Source: a virus. Taken from it: a stretch of DNA of 64,000 nt. A program made the translations under genes and the position numbers. The notes under the pieces were generated by a model, which was not told where the DNA came from, made no database searches, and saw only the letters and a list, made by a program, of their open reading frames with translations. Shown here piece by piece: positions 9,194-19,612 of the stretch; positions within the stretch are counted from its first letter, which is position 1, and each line of letters opens with the position of its first letter. The stretch lies in IMG/VR virus record IMGVR_UViG_3300010883_025067, positions 1-64,000 of that record; one strand, written 5' to 3'.

Positions 9194-12100
9194 ATGGAAA
9201 AATTTAAGAAGAGCCTGGATAGTGTTTGTGGACCTCCAAAAAGATTTGCTGGATTACATGCGCATGATGGATCAAGTGTTTATGATGGACTGGGCTATCC
9301 GAATGAGCACATAGATTTTGTTCTAGAAAATGGAATGAATGCTTTTGCTCTGACAAATCACGGCCACATGAATTCAGCAGCTCATGCTCACAATTATGCA
9401 AAGAAGCTAAAGGCGAACGGACAACAGTACAAGCACATTTATGGTTGTGAATGCTATTTTGTTGATGATCTAGATGAGTGGCGAAAGGAGTATGAAGACC
9501 ATAGAGAGTCAGTGAGGCTAGAGCGGGAAGCTAAAAAGCAAAGTGTGATTATTGAAAAAGATGACGATAATGAAGGGCTTGTCATCGAAAATGAGAATGA
9601 AACTAAATCAGAGAGAGGAACATATCCTGAGTGGAAGCGACGCTATCATCTTGTTGTATTGGCAAAAAATTATGTCGGATTACAAAATCTATTTCGATTG
9701 GTGAAGCGATCATACAAGGAGGGATTTTATCGCTTTCCGAGAATCGATTATAAAATGCTAAAGGAACATTCTGAGGGGCTTATTGTCTCAACTGCATGTG
9801 TGGGAGGAAGACCATCGGGCTTGATTTTTCAGGAGTTTCCAGATGCAAAGTTTGATGATCTCACACCTTCTCTTGTTGATGATCCTGCTGTGCTTTCCGC
9901 TGTTATGTCGAAGCTAGAGAATATGACAGATAGGTTTGTTGACGCCGTGGGACGTGAGAATTTTTTTCTTGAGCTGCAGTTTAACAAGCTCGAGGCTCAA
10001 AATCTAACAAATAGATGTCTACTAGAGCTTTCTAAGAAAACAGGTGTTCCACTCATTGCAACTGCTGATTCACACTATTGTAATCCAGATCTGTGGGAAG
10101 CTCGTGAAATGTATAGGCTGCTAGGGAGAATGGGATCTCGTGGAGATGAAATGCCCACACTACCGGAGAAGGAGGACCTCAAGTGTGAGTTGTATCCAAA
10201 AAATGCACAACAAATGTGGGATGAATTTCGCCACAGTTACGATCACTATGATTTTTACGAAGGCAGTGAAGAACTTGTTAAGTCTGCAATTGAAAGATCA
10301 AGTGATATTGCCTTGGATAAGTGTGAAGAGGTGTGGTTTGACGGAGAGGCAAAGCTTCCAAACTTCAGCACGCATAAAAATTCTGCATTCAAGCAACTTG
10401 CTAAACAAGTAAAAGATGGAATGGTAAGGGACAATTTACATAAAGACCCTGAATACGTCAAGCGCATCAAGGAAGAGATGTCTGTTATCAAACAGCTAGG
10501 GTTTGAAAATTACTTTTTAACACTTACAAAGGTGTTTGAAAAATCTAAGTCGCGCACATTGTTGGGACCAGCAAGAGGCTCTGGGGGAGGTAGTCTTGTC
10601 AATTATGTACTTGGAATCACACACATAGATCCGATACAGTATAATTTGCTCTTTGAGAGATTTCTGGGTCTTCACAAGGTGGCATGGCCTGATATCGACT
10701 CTGACGTCGGAGACCGAGATGTTTTGATTGATGTGGCAAGAGATCTTTTTGGTGAGGATTCTGTGATTCCAGTATCAAACTTTAACACATTGAAGCTTAA
10801 GTCTCTTATTAAAGATGTGTCAAAATTTTATGGAATACCCTTTGAAGAAGTAAATGTGCTAACGGGCCCCCTTGAAAGAGAGGTAATGCCACGTGCAATG
10901 GGTGATCATGAGGAAAAGTCAACCTATGTGCTAACTCATGAAGATTGCACAAAGTACAGTGAGCCATATCGTCAGTTTATGCAGAAATATCCGAAAATTG
11001 CTGATCATATCCAGACGCTATTCATGGAGCCGAGATCAATAGGCCGGCATGCAGGAGGAGTTCTTGTATGCCCTGATCTTGAGAGTCACATGCCTGTCAT
11101 CAAAGTCAGGGGAGAGTTGCAAACGCCATGGTCTGAAGGAATGAATTTCAGACACCTAGAAGAAAATGGTTTCTTAAAGTTTGACTTTCTCGGTCTGACA
11201 ACTTTAAAAATGGTCGAGGACAGCATTCGACTTATTCTGAGAAACCAAGATATTGAGGAGCCCACATTCGATCAGATCAATGAATTTTTTGATGCGAATA
11301 TAAATAGTCGTTATCATAAGATGGATGATCAGAAGGTCTGGGAATACATTTATCACGGTGGAAGATTTGTACAGATCTTCCAGTTTACAAACTCTGGAGC
11401 TAGAAATTTCTGTGTGCAAGCAAAGCCAAGGTCTATTGAGGATCTCGCAACAATCACAGCAATTTACAGACCCGGCCCGCTTGCAGCAAATGTTCACAAA
11501 AAGTATGTCGCAGCCGGAAAGTCTCTCGATTCAATCACATATGAACATCCTGTTCTTGAGGAAATACTGAAGGAGAGTCGAGGTTTTGTTGTTTTTCAGG
11601 AGCAGTTCATGCTTATTGCACAGAATCTCTGTGGTTTCGACAAGGGTGCATCTGACAAGATGAGAAAGACGCTTGTGAAGAAGTCTCTTGATATGAATGA
11701 GAAAAAGGCAAAGGAGAGGATCGAGCTTCGAGAAAAATTTGTGAGAGGTGCAACTGATCTATCTGGGATGGATGAAGATAAAGCAATCAAGCTATACGAG
11801 ACAATTGAAGCATTTTCTTCTTATGGGTTTAATAAATCACACGCCGTCGCGTATGCAGCCGACTCTTACTATTCAGCATGGCTTCACACTCATTACGAGA
11901 AAGAATGGCTCGCAACCTGTCTTCAAACGTGGAATGGTTCACCAAAGTTTGGTAAAATTATTTCTGAGATAAAGTCATTGGGTTACAAGATTTTACCACC
12001 CGATATCAATTCATCTTCAGATGTTTGGGTTTATAATGAAGAGAGAAAAGGCTTTGTTCCACCTCTCACAGCAATCAAGGGTGTGGGCAAGTCAGCGGTT

Positions 12101-12796
12101 CAGGAAATTATGACACGCCGGCCCTTTACATGCATAGATCAGATGCTTTTCACTGAGGAGGGTCAGTGGCGACCTTCAAAGATGAATAAGACATGTTTTG
12201 ACTCACTTTGCAAGGTTGAAGCCTTTGGATCTCTGGATGAAATGTCAAGAGGTGATATCAAAAATCATAGACATCTTCATGAAATTATAGTTGGAAATTA
12301 CGATCTTCTTAAGAAGGGAAGATTTGGAATGTCGAAGACAGCTGCAAAGAAAATGATGAAGGAGACAGGTAGGGTTCCCGAATTTATTCCTGAGAAGATA
12401 AGAGAAAGCTTTGATGAGCATGACTGGTCAAGGTCAACTAAGATAGCATTTAGTGTAGATCTCATGGCAGGAGCGGATGATGACATGGTATTTCCTCCTG
12501 CCTTGATGCAAAAAATTGAAAAATCACAGGTAAAAGCTATCACGAAAATGGAAGGCAACAAGAAGGATGTCGCTTGGTTCTGCATCCAGTCAATTGAAGA
12601 AAGGACAACAAAAAACGGAAAGACATTTTATCGTCTGAAGGTATGTGATAGCAGCTCTGAGAGCGTGTGGCTCCGTGTGTGGGGTAGGTTTAATCAACTC
12701 CCTGACCTGTATACAATCTGGCTCGCAGAGGTGGCTTCTAGCGAGGCGTGGGGATGTTCAACTTCTGCCTACAAAATGAAACAAATTAAAGTATAA
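9194..12796 (+). CDS. dnaE: DNA polymerase III alpha subunit (C family)
   Basis: PHP domain (HAH, TNH, ADSH), RGSGGGSLV, PDIDSD, KFDFLGL, FNKSH, C-terminal OB fold. Confidence 0.95.
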   Translation: MEKFKKSLDSVCGPPKRFAGLHAHDGSSVYDGLGYPNEHIDFVLENGMNAFALTNHGHMNSAAHAHNYAKKLKANGQQYKHIYGCECYFVDDLDEWRKEYEDHRESVRLEREAKKQSVIIEKDDDNEGLVIENENETKSERGTYPEWKRRYHLVVLAKNYVGLQNLFRLVKRSYKEGFYRFPRIDYKMLKEHSEGLIVSTACVGGRPSGLIFQEFPDAKFDDLTPSLVDDPAVLSAVMSKLENMTDRFVDAVGRENFFLELQFNKLEAQNLTNRCLLELSKKTGVPLIATADSHYCNPDLWEAREMYRLLGRMGSRGDEMPTLPEKEDLKCELYPKNAQQMWDEFRHSYDHYDFYEGSEELVKSAIERSSDIALDKCEEVWFDGEAKLPNFSTHKNSAFKQLAKQVKDGMVRDNLHKDPEYVKRIKEEMSVIKQLGFENYFLTLTKVFEKSKSRTLLGPARGSGGGSLVNYVLGITHIDPIQYNLLFERFLGLHKVAWPDIDSDVGDRDVLIDVARDLFGEDSVIPVSNFNTLKLKSLIKDVSKFYGIPFEEVNVLTGPLEREVMPRAMGDHEEKSTYVLTHEDCTKYSEPYRQFMQKYPKIADHIQTLFMEPRSIGRHAGGVLVCPDLESHMPVIKVRGELQTPWSEGMNFRHLEENGFLKFDFLGLTTLKMVEDSIRLILRNQDIEEPTFDQINEFFDANINSRYHKMDDQKVWEYIYHGGRFVQIFQFTNSGARNFCVQAKPRSIEDLATITAIYRPGPLAANVHKKYVAAGKSLDSITYEHPVLEEILKESRGFVVFQEQFMLIAQNLCGFDKGASDKMRKTLVKKSLDMNEKKAKERIELREKFVRGATDLSGMDEDKAIKLYETIEAFSSYGFNKSHAVAYAADSYYSAWLHTHYEKEWLATCLQTWNGSPKFGKIISEIKSLGYKILPPDINSSSDVWVYNEERKGFVPPLTAIKGVGKSAVQEIMTRRPFTCIDQMLFTEEGQWRPSKMNKTCFDSLCKVEAFGSLDEMSRGDIKNHRHLHEIIVGNYDLLKKGRFGMSKTAAKKMMKETGRVPEFIPEKIRESFDEHDWSRSTKIAFSVDLMAGADDDMVFPPALMQKIEKSQVKAITKMEGNKKDVAWFCIQSIEERTTKNGKTFYRLKVCDSSSESVWLRVWGRFNQLPDLYTIWLAEVASSEAWGCSTSAYKMKQIKV

Positions 12797-12804
12797 TAAC
12801 AGAC

Positions 12805-13710
12805 ATGCTAACATACCCAACACAGACACTATTTGTTGAAGGACCAGACTGTTCTGGAAAGACAACTCTGATCAGTAAGATCCACAGTGTATCAGATTAT
12901 CGATGGCACGTGATGGATAGGTCACAGCTCTCTCGTGATGTATTCAGTCGACTATACAGCAGGTCTCTCAGTTTTATTGACAGTGACTTACATAACGAGA
13001 TGTATAATCTTAACAATAGATACGTGATGCTTGATTTACCGTGGAGTGTTATTGAGAGAAGGTTTCTTAGCCGTGGTGATCCACTTCACGATCATACTTC
13101 CATGAAAAAAGTTCATGATGCTTTTACAATTAGATTTGGCAATGTGAAGATGTTTCCTAATATTATTCATGTGAGCAGAGAGACAGATGTTGATGAACTT
13201 GCAGATAGTGTTGTCGCTTTGTTGTGTGTAAGAGAGAGAGCGTTGCTCAAAGAAGTAGCCAGCGAGGTGATTCAGGCAGCTAATACATCTCCGACAAAGG
13301 AAGTCTTTCCTCTATCCTTTACACTGTATGACACCGGTGAATTCGAGGAGGCTGACCCTAGCATTCTTGACTATGAGCCAGAAACAGAATATTATGAAAC
13401 AGTTTATCGTGCACTATTAGAAAAAATAGATAATGAACTTGCAGGAAATAATGTGTACAATCGAAAAGAAGATCTGTCATCTAGGAGATTCGTATACACA
13501 GGAGATTCATGCATTTCTTTTATTCATGTAAGCCAGAGAAATTCTGTGATGGATTTTCACTGTGTGATTCGATCATGCAATGTAGCGACACTTTTTGAAC
13601 ATGATTTGAGATTTTTATATTTTTTGGCATCTGTGTGCTGGAAGAAGATTGGGAGAGATTGTGATCAGGCTAGATTAAGATTTAATTTAAATTCTGCTCA
13701 CATTATTTAG
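12805..13710 (+). CDS. dNMP kinase fused to thymidylate-synthase-like (dCMP-type) domain
   Basis: P-loop EGPDCSGKTT and DR; C-term SRR, SC, RSCN...HD, SAHII. Confidence 0.7.
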   Translation: MLTYPTQTLFVEGPDCSGKTTLISKIHSVSDYRWHVMDRSQLSRDVFSRLYSRSLSFIDSDLHNEMYNLNNRYVMLDLPWSVIERRFLSRGDPLHDHTSMKKVHDAFTIRFGNVKMFPNIIHVSRETDVDELADSVVALLCVRERALLKEVASEVIQAANTSPTKEVFPLSFTLYDTGEFEEADPSILDYEPETEYYETVYRALLEKIDNELAGNNVYNRKEDLSSRRFVYTGDSCISFIHVSQRNSVMDFHCVIRSCNVATLFEHDLRFLYFLASVCWKKIGRDCDQARLRFNLNSAHII

Positions 13711-13725
13711 AACGGAGTAAATGGT

Positions 13726-14718
13726 ATGAAAAGAGCACTTGTAACTGGCGGCTGTGGTTTTGTTGGATCAAGTTTGACACACAGACTTGTAAAAGAGGGC
13801 TGGCAGGTTGACATTGTTGATGATATGTCGAATGGTCATTTAGAGTTACTGGAAGGCCTAAATATGAGAGTTGTGTTAGTGGATCTGCTCTCAAACTTCT
13901 ATGAGTCGGACGTGGTAAGAGAGGTATCAGATGTGCATGTAATTCAGGGAGATTTCGCACACTCAGCTGTATTATCGAATATAAAGTCAGAAATATATGA
14001 TGTTGTCTTCCACCAGGCGGCAATTCCCAGGGTTCTTTTTTCTGTTGAAAATCCAGGAGTGACAACAGATGTCAATATCAGTGGTACAGTTAGATTACTT
14101 GAAGCCTGTAGGGGTAGTGTTAACAGAGTAGTCTGGGCATCCTCTTCTTCTGTCTACGGCGCCGCAGACATTCTTCCCACATCCGAGGCAACTACAAAAA
14201 ATCCCAAGTCACCGTATGCGTGGCAGAAGAGTGCAATTGAAGATATTGCAAGTCTCTTTGGTGAGCTTTATGATCTTGACATTGTGTGCCTGCGGTACTT
14301 TAATGTTTTTGGGCCAGGCCAGTATGGTGATTCACCTTACTCGACAGCTGTGTCTGCGTGGTGTCATGCAACTAAAAACGGTCTAACACTTAGAAGTGAC
14401 GGTGATGGTAGCCAATCAAGAGACATGTGTTATATTGACAACACTGTTGATGCCAACATTCTCGCTGCAACAGCAGATATGAAATTTTACGGAAAGACAT
14501 ATAACGTTTCTTGCGGTGACCAGACAACAAATCGAGAAATTCTAGAGTTTTTCACAAACAGATTTGGTCATGTTATTGTGAGGGATGCACCGTGGCGTCC
14601 GGGGGATGTAATGCATACCCGTGCTGACATTTCAAGTATTTCAAATGATCTTGGATATGAACCAACAGTTAGATTCTGGGAGGGTCTGGAGAGGACGCTT
14701 GCATGGTGGGGTATATGA
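13726..14718 (+). CDS. NAD-dependent nucleotide-sugar epimerase/dehydratase
   Basis: GGCGFVG, SSSSVYG, YAWQK, RYFNVFGP. Confidence 0.9.
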   Translation: MKRALVTGGCGFVGSSLTHRLVKEGWQVDIVDDMSNGHLELLEGLNMRVVLVDLLSNFYESDVVREVSDVHVIQGDFAHSAVLSNIKSEIYDVVFHQAAIPRVLFSVENPGVTTDVNISGTVRLLEACRGSVNRVVWASSSSVYGAADILPTSEATTKNPKSPYAWQKSAIEDIASLFGELYDLDIVCLRYFNVFGPGQYGDSPYSTAVSAWCHATKNGLTLRSDGDGSQSRDMCYIDNTVDANILAATADMKFYGKTYNVSCGDQTTNREILEFFTNRFGHVIVRDAPWRPGDVMHTRADISSISNDLGYEPTVRFWEGLERTLAWWGI

Positions 14719-14722
14719 GAAA

Positions 14723-15142
14723 ATGATGAAAACTAAGAAGCACGTAAAGTCAGCGTGGATTACAAGGATTACTTCTAAGAAGGTTTATCAAAAGCCCTGG
14801 GGCAAAGAGCAAAACTGGTCAGGATTTCAAGGTATTCACGGCAAGACCCTGTTTATTAGAGAGGGCGAAAGAACGAGTCTTAAATACTATCCTAGAAAAA
14901 CTGAGATGCTATTTGTTAGATCTGGTACAGTAGAAGTAACATTTGGAAATGAATGCTCTCTCTTGGATCCAGTTGCAAATCCAATGAAAAATGAGACGAT
15001 GGCGGAAGGTGACACACTGATGGTGCAATCTTGCTGCCCGTATAGAATTTCTGCTCTAGTAGATAGTGAAATTATAGAGATTGGAGATAATATGTCTGAT
15101 AAACCGATAAGACTTGAAGATGATTATGGAAGAGATACATGA
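14723..15142 (+). CDS. Cupin-domain protein (sugar isomerase-like)
   Basis: KPWG.E, TSL.Y...K.E, IRLEDDYGR; ATG at 14723. Confidence 0.7.
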   Translation: MMKTKKHVKSAWITRITSKKVYQKPWGKEQNWSGFQGIHGKTLFIREGERTSLKYYPRKTEMLFVRSGTVEVTFGNECSLLDPVANPMKNETMAEGDTLMVQSCCPYRISALVDSEIIEIGDNMSDKPIRLEDDYGRDT

Positions 15143-15699
15143 TTTCACCTGAATTTATTATTTTTACAGGTCCAATGTTCGGATCTAAGACAACAAAACT
15201 CCTTGCAACAGTTGACAGGTATGGCTATCAGCATAAGGTGATCATGGCATTTAAGCCAAAATTAGATGATAGATATGCTAGTGGAGACATTTCTACACAT
15301 AATGGTGGAAGTTTAAAGGCAGTTACTGTAAATAGTGGTTTAGATGTTGAAAGGCACGTGTTAGGTGCTGAAGAAAAAGTTGATATAATTGCTGTAGATG
15401 AGGCCTTTATGCTAGACGGAATTGCCAATTCTCTCATAAAATTATTTCAGATGGGAAAAACTATTGTTGTTTCATCCCTGCAGCTGTCAGCAAGCTGCAG
15501 TATTTTCGAAGAGGTGAGGGATATGATGCCATTTGCTACGAAGATTGAGATTTGTCCTGCTGTTTGCACAGTAACAGGTCGTAACGCCTACTACACTCAC
15601 AAGAAGTATGATAATATGAGTGAGATAGAAATAGGTGGAGCAGAGATTTATGAGCCTCGTTGCTGGGAACATCACATTCATATGAACAAGCTAAGCTAG
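15139..15699 (+). CDS. tdk: Thymidine kinase
   Basis: GPMFGSKTT, VDEA, IGGAEIYEPRC. Confidence 0.9.
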   Translation: MISPEFIIFTGPMFGSKTTKLLATVDRYGYQHKVIMAFKPKLDDRYASGDISTHNGGSLKAVTVNSGLDVERHVLGAEEKVDIIAVDEAFMLDGIANSLIKLFQMGKTIVVSSLQLSASCSIFEEVRDMMPFATKIEICPAVCTVTGRNAYYTHKKYDNMSEIEIGGAEIYEPRCWEHHIHMNKLS

Positions 15700-15700
15700 A

Positions 15701-16615
15701 ATGATTGAACCAACAAGTATTGATACAGTGATTTATCACGCAGATTGCTCGGACGGCTTTGGCGCAGCGTATGCTGCATGGAAGCTCTTGGGTAATAGGG
15801 CTGATTATTATGCCTGTAAGCATGGAAAACCACCGCCAGATGTGACAGATAAAGTTGTAGCAATCCTTGACTTTTCTTTTGATAATGCAACTACAAAGAA
15901 GATGATAGAGGATGCAGCAGGATTGATTGTTATCGATCACCACAAATCAGCGATGGTCGAATTACACGATATTTCTAACACTATATTTGATATGACAAAA
16001 TCAGGTGCCATACTATCATGGGAATTTTTTCATCCAGGCAAGGAGTCGCCAAAATTTATTGAATACATCCAGGATCGAGATATTTGGAAGTGGGAGCTTC
16101 CCTACTCGAGAGAATTCGCTGCAGCATTTGATATGGTTCCTTTTGACTTTGAAGAATTTGAAAAATTCGAGGATGATTCTGTATTCGATGATGCTGCTAA
16201 GAGAGGATCGTATATTCTTGCTTATTCTAAGACAGTTGTTAAAAAGGTTTGTGAGAAGGCATCAACGAGAAAGTATAAAGGTATGGATGTTCTTGTTGTG
16301 AATTCCTGTCACTGGATATCTGAGATCGGGGCTCGGCTTGCTCCGGATTGCGATTTTGCAATGATCTGGTACTACGATCACGATGACAGGATAATCAAGG
16401 TGAGCCTTAGATCATTTCATGATGCTGTTGATGTGTCTGAGCTCGCGAAAGAGTTTGGTGGTGGAGGTCATCGCAAGGCAGCAGGTTTCCAGATACCTGG
16501 TGATATGAGAGTTGATGAGATCTTTGATGATGATCCTGATCTTGAATTTTTCGAGGATAAGGCACTTGATGAAATGGAAGATGTTCAAAATGCTAATCAA
16601 GAGGAAGAAGAATAG
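15701..16615 (+). CDS. DHH/DHHA1 phosphoesterase
   Basis: YHADCSDG, DHH, GGGGHRKAAG. Confidence 0.88.
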   Translation: MIEPTSIDTVIYHADCSDGFGAAYAAWKLLGNRADYYACKHGKPPPDVTDKVVAILDFSFDNATTKKMIEDAAGLIVIDHHKSAMVELHDISNTIFDMTKSGAILSWEFFHPGKESPKFIEYIQDRDIWKWELPYSREFAAAFDMVPFDFEEFEKFEDDSVFDDAAKRGSYILAYSKTVVKKVCEKASTRKYKGMDVLVVNSCHWISEIGARLAPDCDFAMIWYYDHDDRIIKVSLRSFHDAVDVSELAKEFGGGGHRKAAGFQIPGDMRVDEIFDDDPDLEFFEDKALDEMEDVQNANQEEEE

Positions 16616-16747
16616 GTGAAATTGCCCTTTCCAGAAGAGGAACCCGGTATTTTATCAATACTTTTTGATGCCACTGGTGAGGGATCATGGAATGAGAGAG
16701 TGAATAGATTGCCAGAAGAAATAGCAACTTTATTAAATCGATTTTAA
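16616..16747 (+). CDS. Small hypothetical ORF (43 aa, not in track)
   Basis: GTG directly after DHH stop; MKLPFPEEEPG...LLNRF*. Confidence 0.4.
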   Translation: MKLPFPEEEPGILSILFDATGEGSWNERVNRLPEEIATLLNRF

Positions 16748-16852
16748 ATTATTTGAATCATGAATGTGATACGATTACAACGTTTAATGATTATTGTAAA
16801 AGAATAATTTCAACTATTGAATCATCATATTATGACTTTATGAGACCTGTAA

Positions 16853-17278
16853 ATGAGCCATAGACTAAGCTGGGATGAGATATGGATGGATGTTGCCTTC
16901 GGAATTGCTCGAAGGTCATACGATCCTCGTTATCAAGTTGGAGCAGTTGTTGTGACTGATGACAACACACAGGTGCTAGCAGTCGGATATAATGGCAACT
17001 ACACTGGTGGGCCTAATGAGGTTGAATCTGATACACCTGGTGAGTCTGGAATGCTTCACGCAGAGATAAATGCTCTTCTCAAGATGGACTATAATAATCC
17101 CAAAAGAAAGAGGCTCTATCTCACGTTGTCTCCGTGTCGAATGTGTGCTAAGGCAATCATCAATGCAGGAATAGATGAAGTGCTGTATGCAGAAGAGTAC
17201 AGAGACACATCAGGAGTAGAGCTTCTTCGTAAATCTGATGTTATTGTAAAAAAGCTAACACTTGCTGGCGATATTTAA
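16853..17278 (+). CDS. dCMP deaminase (ComEB family)
   Basis: GYNG, HAEINA, SPCRMC. Confidence 0.92.
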   Translation: MSHRLSWDEIWMDVAFGIARRSYDPRYQVGAVVVTDDNTQVLAVGYNGNYTGGPNEVESDTPGESGMLHAEINALLKMDYNNPKRKRLYLTLSPCRMCAKAIINAGIDEVLYAEEYRDTSGVELLRKSDVIVKKLTLAGDI

Positions 17279-17322
17279 TACAATAGAGTATTGCTTATTC
17301 GAGTGATCTGGAGTTTTGTACA

Positions 17323-18564
17323 GTGCCTAGATTTAAGGAGATAGCCGCTTCCGACATCAGAGTGGGAGAGGATCTTTTACACCAGTTAATTGACATTCCC
17401 CAGCGATATATGTCAGGGTCAGCTTCAAGGAAAAAGCGAGCCACATTTACAACAGGTGGTATCGGACCAGGAATCACGTCCTCCCTGTTTCACACTGTTT
17501 ACGATAATGATTATAGACTACAGTCTGCGAATCCTGTATTTGACATAACAGTCGGACTATTCAGCGGCAGCGACACAGTAAAAGAGTCGGCATTCGCACA
17601 AGATAGTATTGGAAAACTTGTTTTCCCGTCGCAGTCTGTGATGATGCATCAGAAAATGGATATTTACCAGCAATTTTCACAATTATTGCTAGGCAGTGCT
17701 GATAAGCCATTTTTTCTCTCTTCAAGTGGTAGACCCGACGAACCAATTGGCTCGACAGACTCGAGAGTCGATGAGGCTCTCTTCATAAGCTTTAGGCGTA
17801 GTTTTGCAAGGGACAGAATAAAAGCTGAAACCTTTGCGATGCGATTCTGGACAACAGCATCACTTCCTAACACTTCATCTGATGACTATAATTTATTTAA
17901 AACATCTGAGACAGGTTCTACGATTTTTACCGATGTGGGTGCTAACTCTACATCAAGGACCGAATTTTCTGGCAGGGTTGGAAACATCATTAATGCAGAT
18001 GCGTCCAATTCAACTGTTGGTAATTTGTTTTACCGTCAGGGTGTTGCTGTTTTGGATCTTTCTAGAATTATGTCTGGTAGCCAGCATGTCTCAGGTGTTA
18101 TTGATGCGATGAATTCAGCAAGCCCTGGAGATACAGCACCCCCAGGCACAATGATAATTGGATCATCAGGTTCTGGAAACCCAAATGCTTACTTTATTCC
18201 AGATCTGATGGTATCCGCATCGATTGATAATATTCTTGATCACATTTGCAGCTGTAGGTTTAGTTCTGGATCTGAGACAGCAATCACATTCCAGAATACC
18301 ACAGAGATAAATTCGACGCTGATTTTTTGCAGATCGACTTCTGATGAGTTTAATTATTCCACCAATCCCACCTATGTGGACGATGATAATTCCATACAGG
18401 TTCTCGAGGCAGGATCTGAGAACATACAGCAGTCTTTTTCCTATGTGACCTCAGTTGGACTTTACGATGCACATGACAACTTGCTTGCAATTGCGAAGCT
18501 AAGTCGACCTGTGGAGAAAAATAATGAAAAAGATCTGACATTTAGAATCAGGCTTGATTTTTAG
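17323..18564 (+). CDS. Virion structural (baseplate/tail-associated) protein
   Basis: C-term YVTSVGLYD...LLAIAKLSRPVEK...RLDF motif of tail/baseplate proteins; ATATTTA upstream. Confidence 0.65.
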   Translation: MPRFKEIAASDIRVGEDLLHQLIDIPQRYMSGSASRKKRATFTTGGIGPGITSSLFHTVYDNDYRLQSANPVFDITVGLFSGSDTVKESAFAQDSIGKLVFPSQSVMMHQKMDIYQQFSQLLLGSADKPFFLSSSGRPDEPIGSTDSRVDEALFISFRRSFARDRIKAETFAMRFWTTASLPNTSSDDYNLFKTSETGSTIFTDVGANSTSRTEFSGRVGNIINADASNSTVGNLFYRQGVAVLDLSRIMSGSQHVSGVIDAMNSASPGDTAPPGTMIIGSSGSGNPNAYFIPDLMVSASIDNILDHICSCRFSSGSETAITFQNTTEINSTLIFCRSTSDEFNYSTNPTYVDDDNSIQVLEAGSENIQQSFSYVTSVGLYDAHDNLLAIAKLSRPVEKNNEKDLTFRIRLDF

Positions 18565-18627
18565 ATGACAGCAAAAATGCTGTGGCTTCCAATAATTAAT
18601 GTAGTATGAATATCACCGGAGCATCTG

Positions 18628-18915
18628 TTGGAAATTTATACTGAAGATAAGATAAGCGAGATTGTGAGTCACATCAAGCGTGAAAATATTAGTATGTCTG
18701 AAAAGCTTGATCTTTTTGTGGGCCCTTCTACAGACAAGGATAGAAGACTTGTTATAAAGCCAGGGCTCAAGATAAAACATAAGAAGTCAGGCGTCGTTTA
18801 CACTGTACAAGCAATTGATCTATCTGATTTATCAAACCCAACATTGATTTGCAATCGTCCAGGGTTTGTAATGGAAATCACAAAACAGCACTTTAAAGAC
18901 TATGAGAGGCAATAA
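18628..18915 (+). CDS. Hypothetical protein (SH3-like)
   Basis: GGAG RBS; PGLKIKHKKSG.VYTV. Confidence 0.6.
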   Translation: MEIYTEDKISEIVSHIKRENISMSEKLDLFVGPSTDKDRRLVIKPGLKIKHKKSGVVYTVQAIDLSDLSNPTLICNRPGFVMEITKQHFKDYERQ

Positions 18916-19610
18916 TGTCAGACTTTACTAACAAGAATCTGCGAGACAACATACGTGAATCATTAAGACTTGATGACAATGAAGAGCTAAATGAGGCATA
19001 TGTTGCACAGCTAAAGCAGTATAGCCTGCCCACTGAGATGTTAAGCGTAGCCAACAAGAGGAATCATGTTGAGCTTTATGAGGGTTACATCGAAAACTTT
19101 AATCGTGTGAGTGCTGAGCTGGATACTGCTGATAGATCTGTAGCAAACTCTAACCACTCACAGTACAGATCATTGAAGATTGATGAATCATACAATATGA
19201 ATGCAGCATATCTTCATGAGCTTTATTTTGCTAACATTAGTGATCTCCACAGTCAGATACCAATGGATTCACTTTCATACATGAGACTTTCTCGCGATTT
19301 TGGTGGTTTTGATAAATGGCAGGAGGATTTTATCGCATGCTGCAAGGCATCAAGATGTGGATGGGCTGTGACTGTTTATAGCACATATCTTCAGAGATAT
19401 ATGAATTGTGTCGTTGATTTACATAGCTTGCAGATTCCAATCGGTGCGTATCCTGTTGTTGTTATGGACGTATGGCAACATGCATATTATCGAGACTACT
19501 TGAGAGATGTGAGAACATATGTGCATGCAATGATGAAGCAACTCAATTGGACAGTTATTGAAGAGAGGTTTCGTAAAGCTGACAAAATTCAAAAGGCACT
19601 GAGGACTTAA
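18915..19610 (+). CDS. Fe/Mn superoxide dismutase-like protein
   Basis: H..LY..Y, HELYF, GWAV, DVWQHAYY. Confidence 0.85.
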   Translation: MSDFTNKNLRDNIRESLRLDDNEELNEAYVAQLKQYSLPTEMLSVANKRNHVELYEGYIENFNRVSAELDTADRSVANSNHSQYRSLKIDESYNMNAAYLHELYFANISDLHSQIPMDSLSYMRLSRDFGGFDKWQEDFIACCKASRCGWAVTVYSTYLQRYMNCVVDLHSLQIPIGAYPVVVMDVWQHAYYRDYLRDVRTYVHAMMKQLNWTVIEERFRKADKIQKALRT

Positions 19611-19612
19611 AA

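Noticed and set aside
9194-12796. Intein or intron in dnaE
   Set aside because: Length is normal, and no intein terminal or homing-endonuclease motifs were seen
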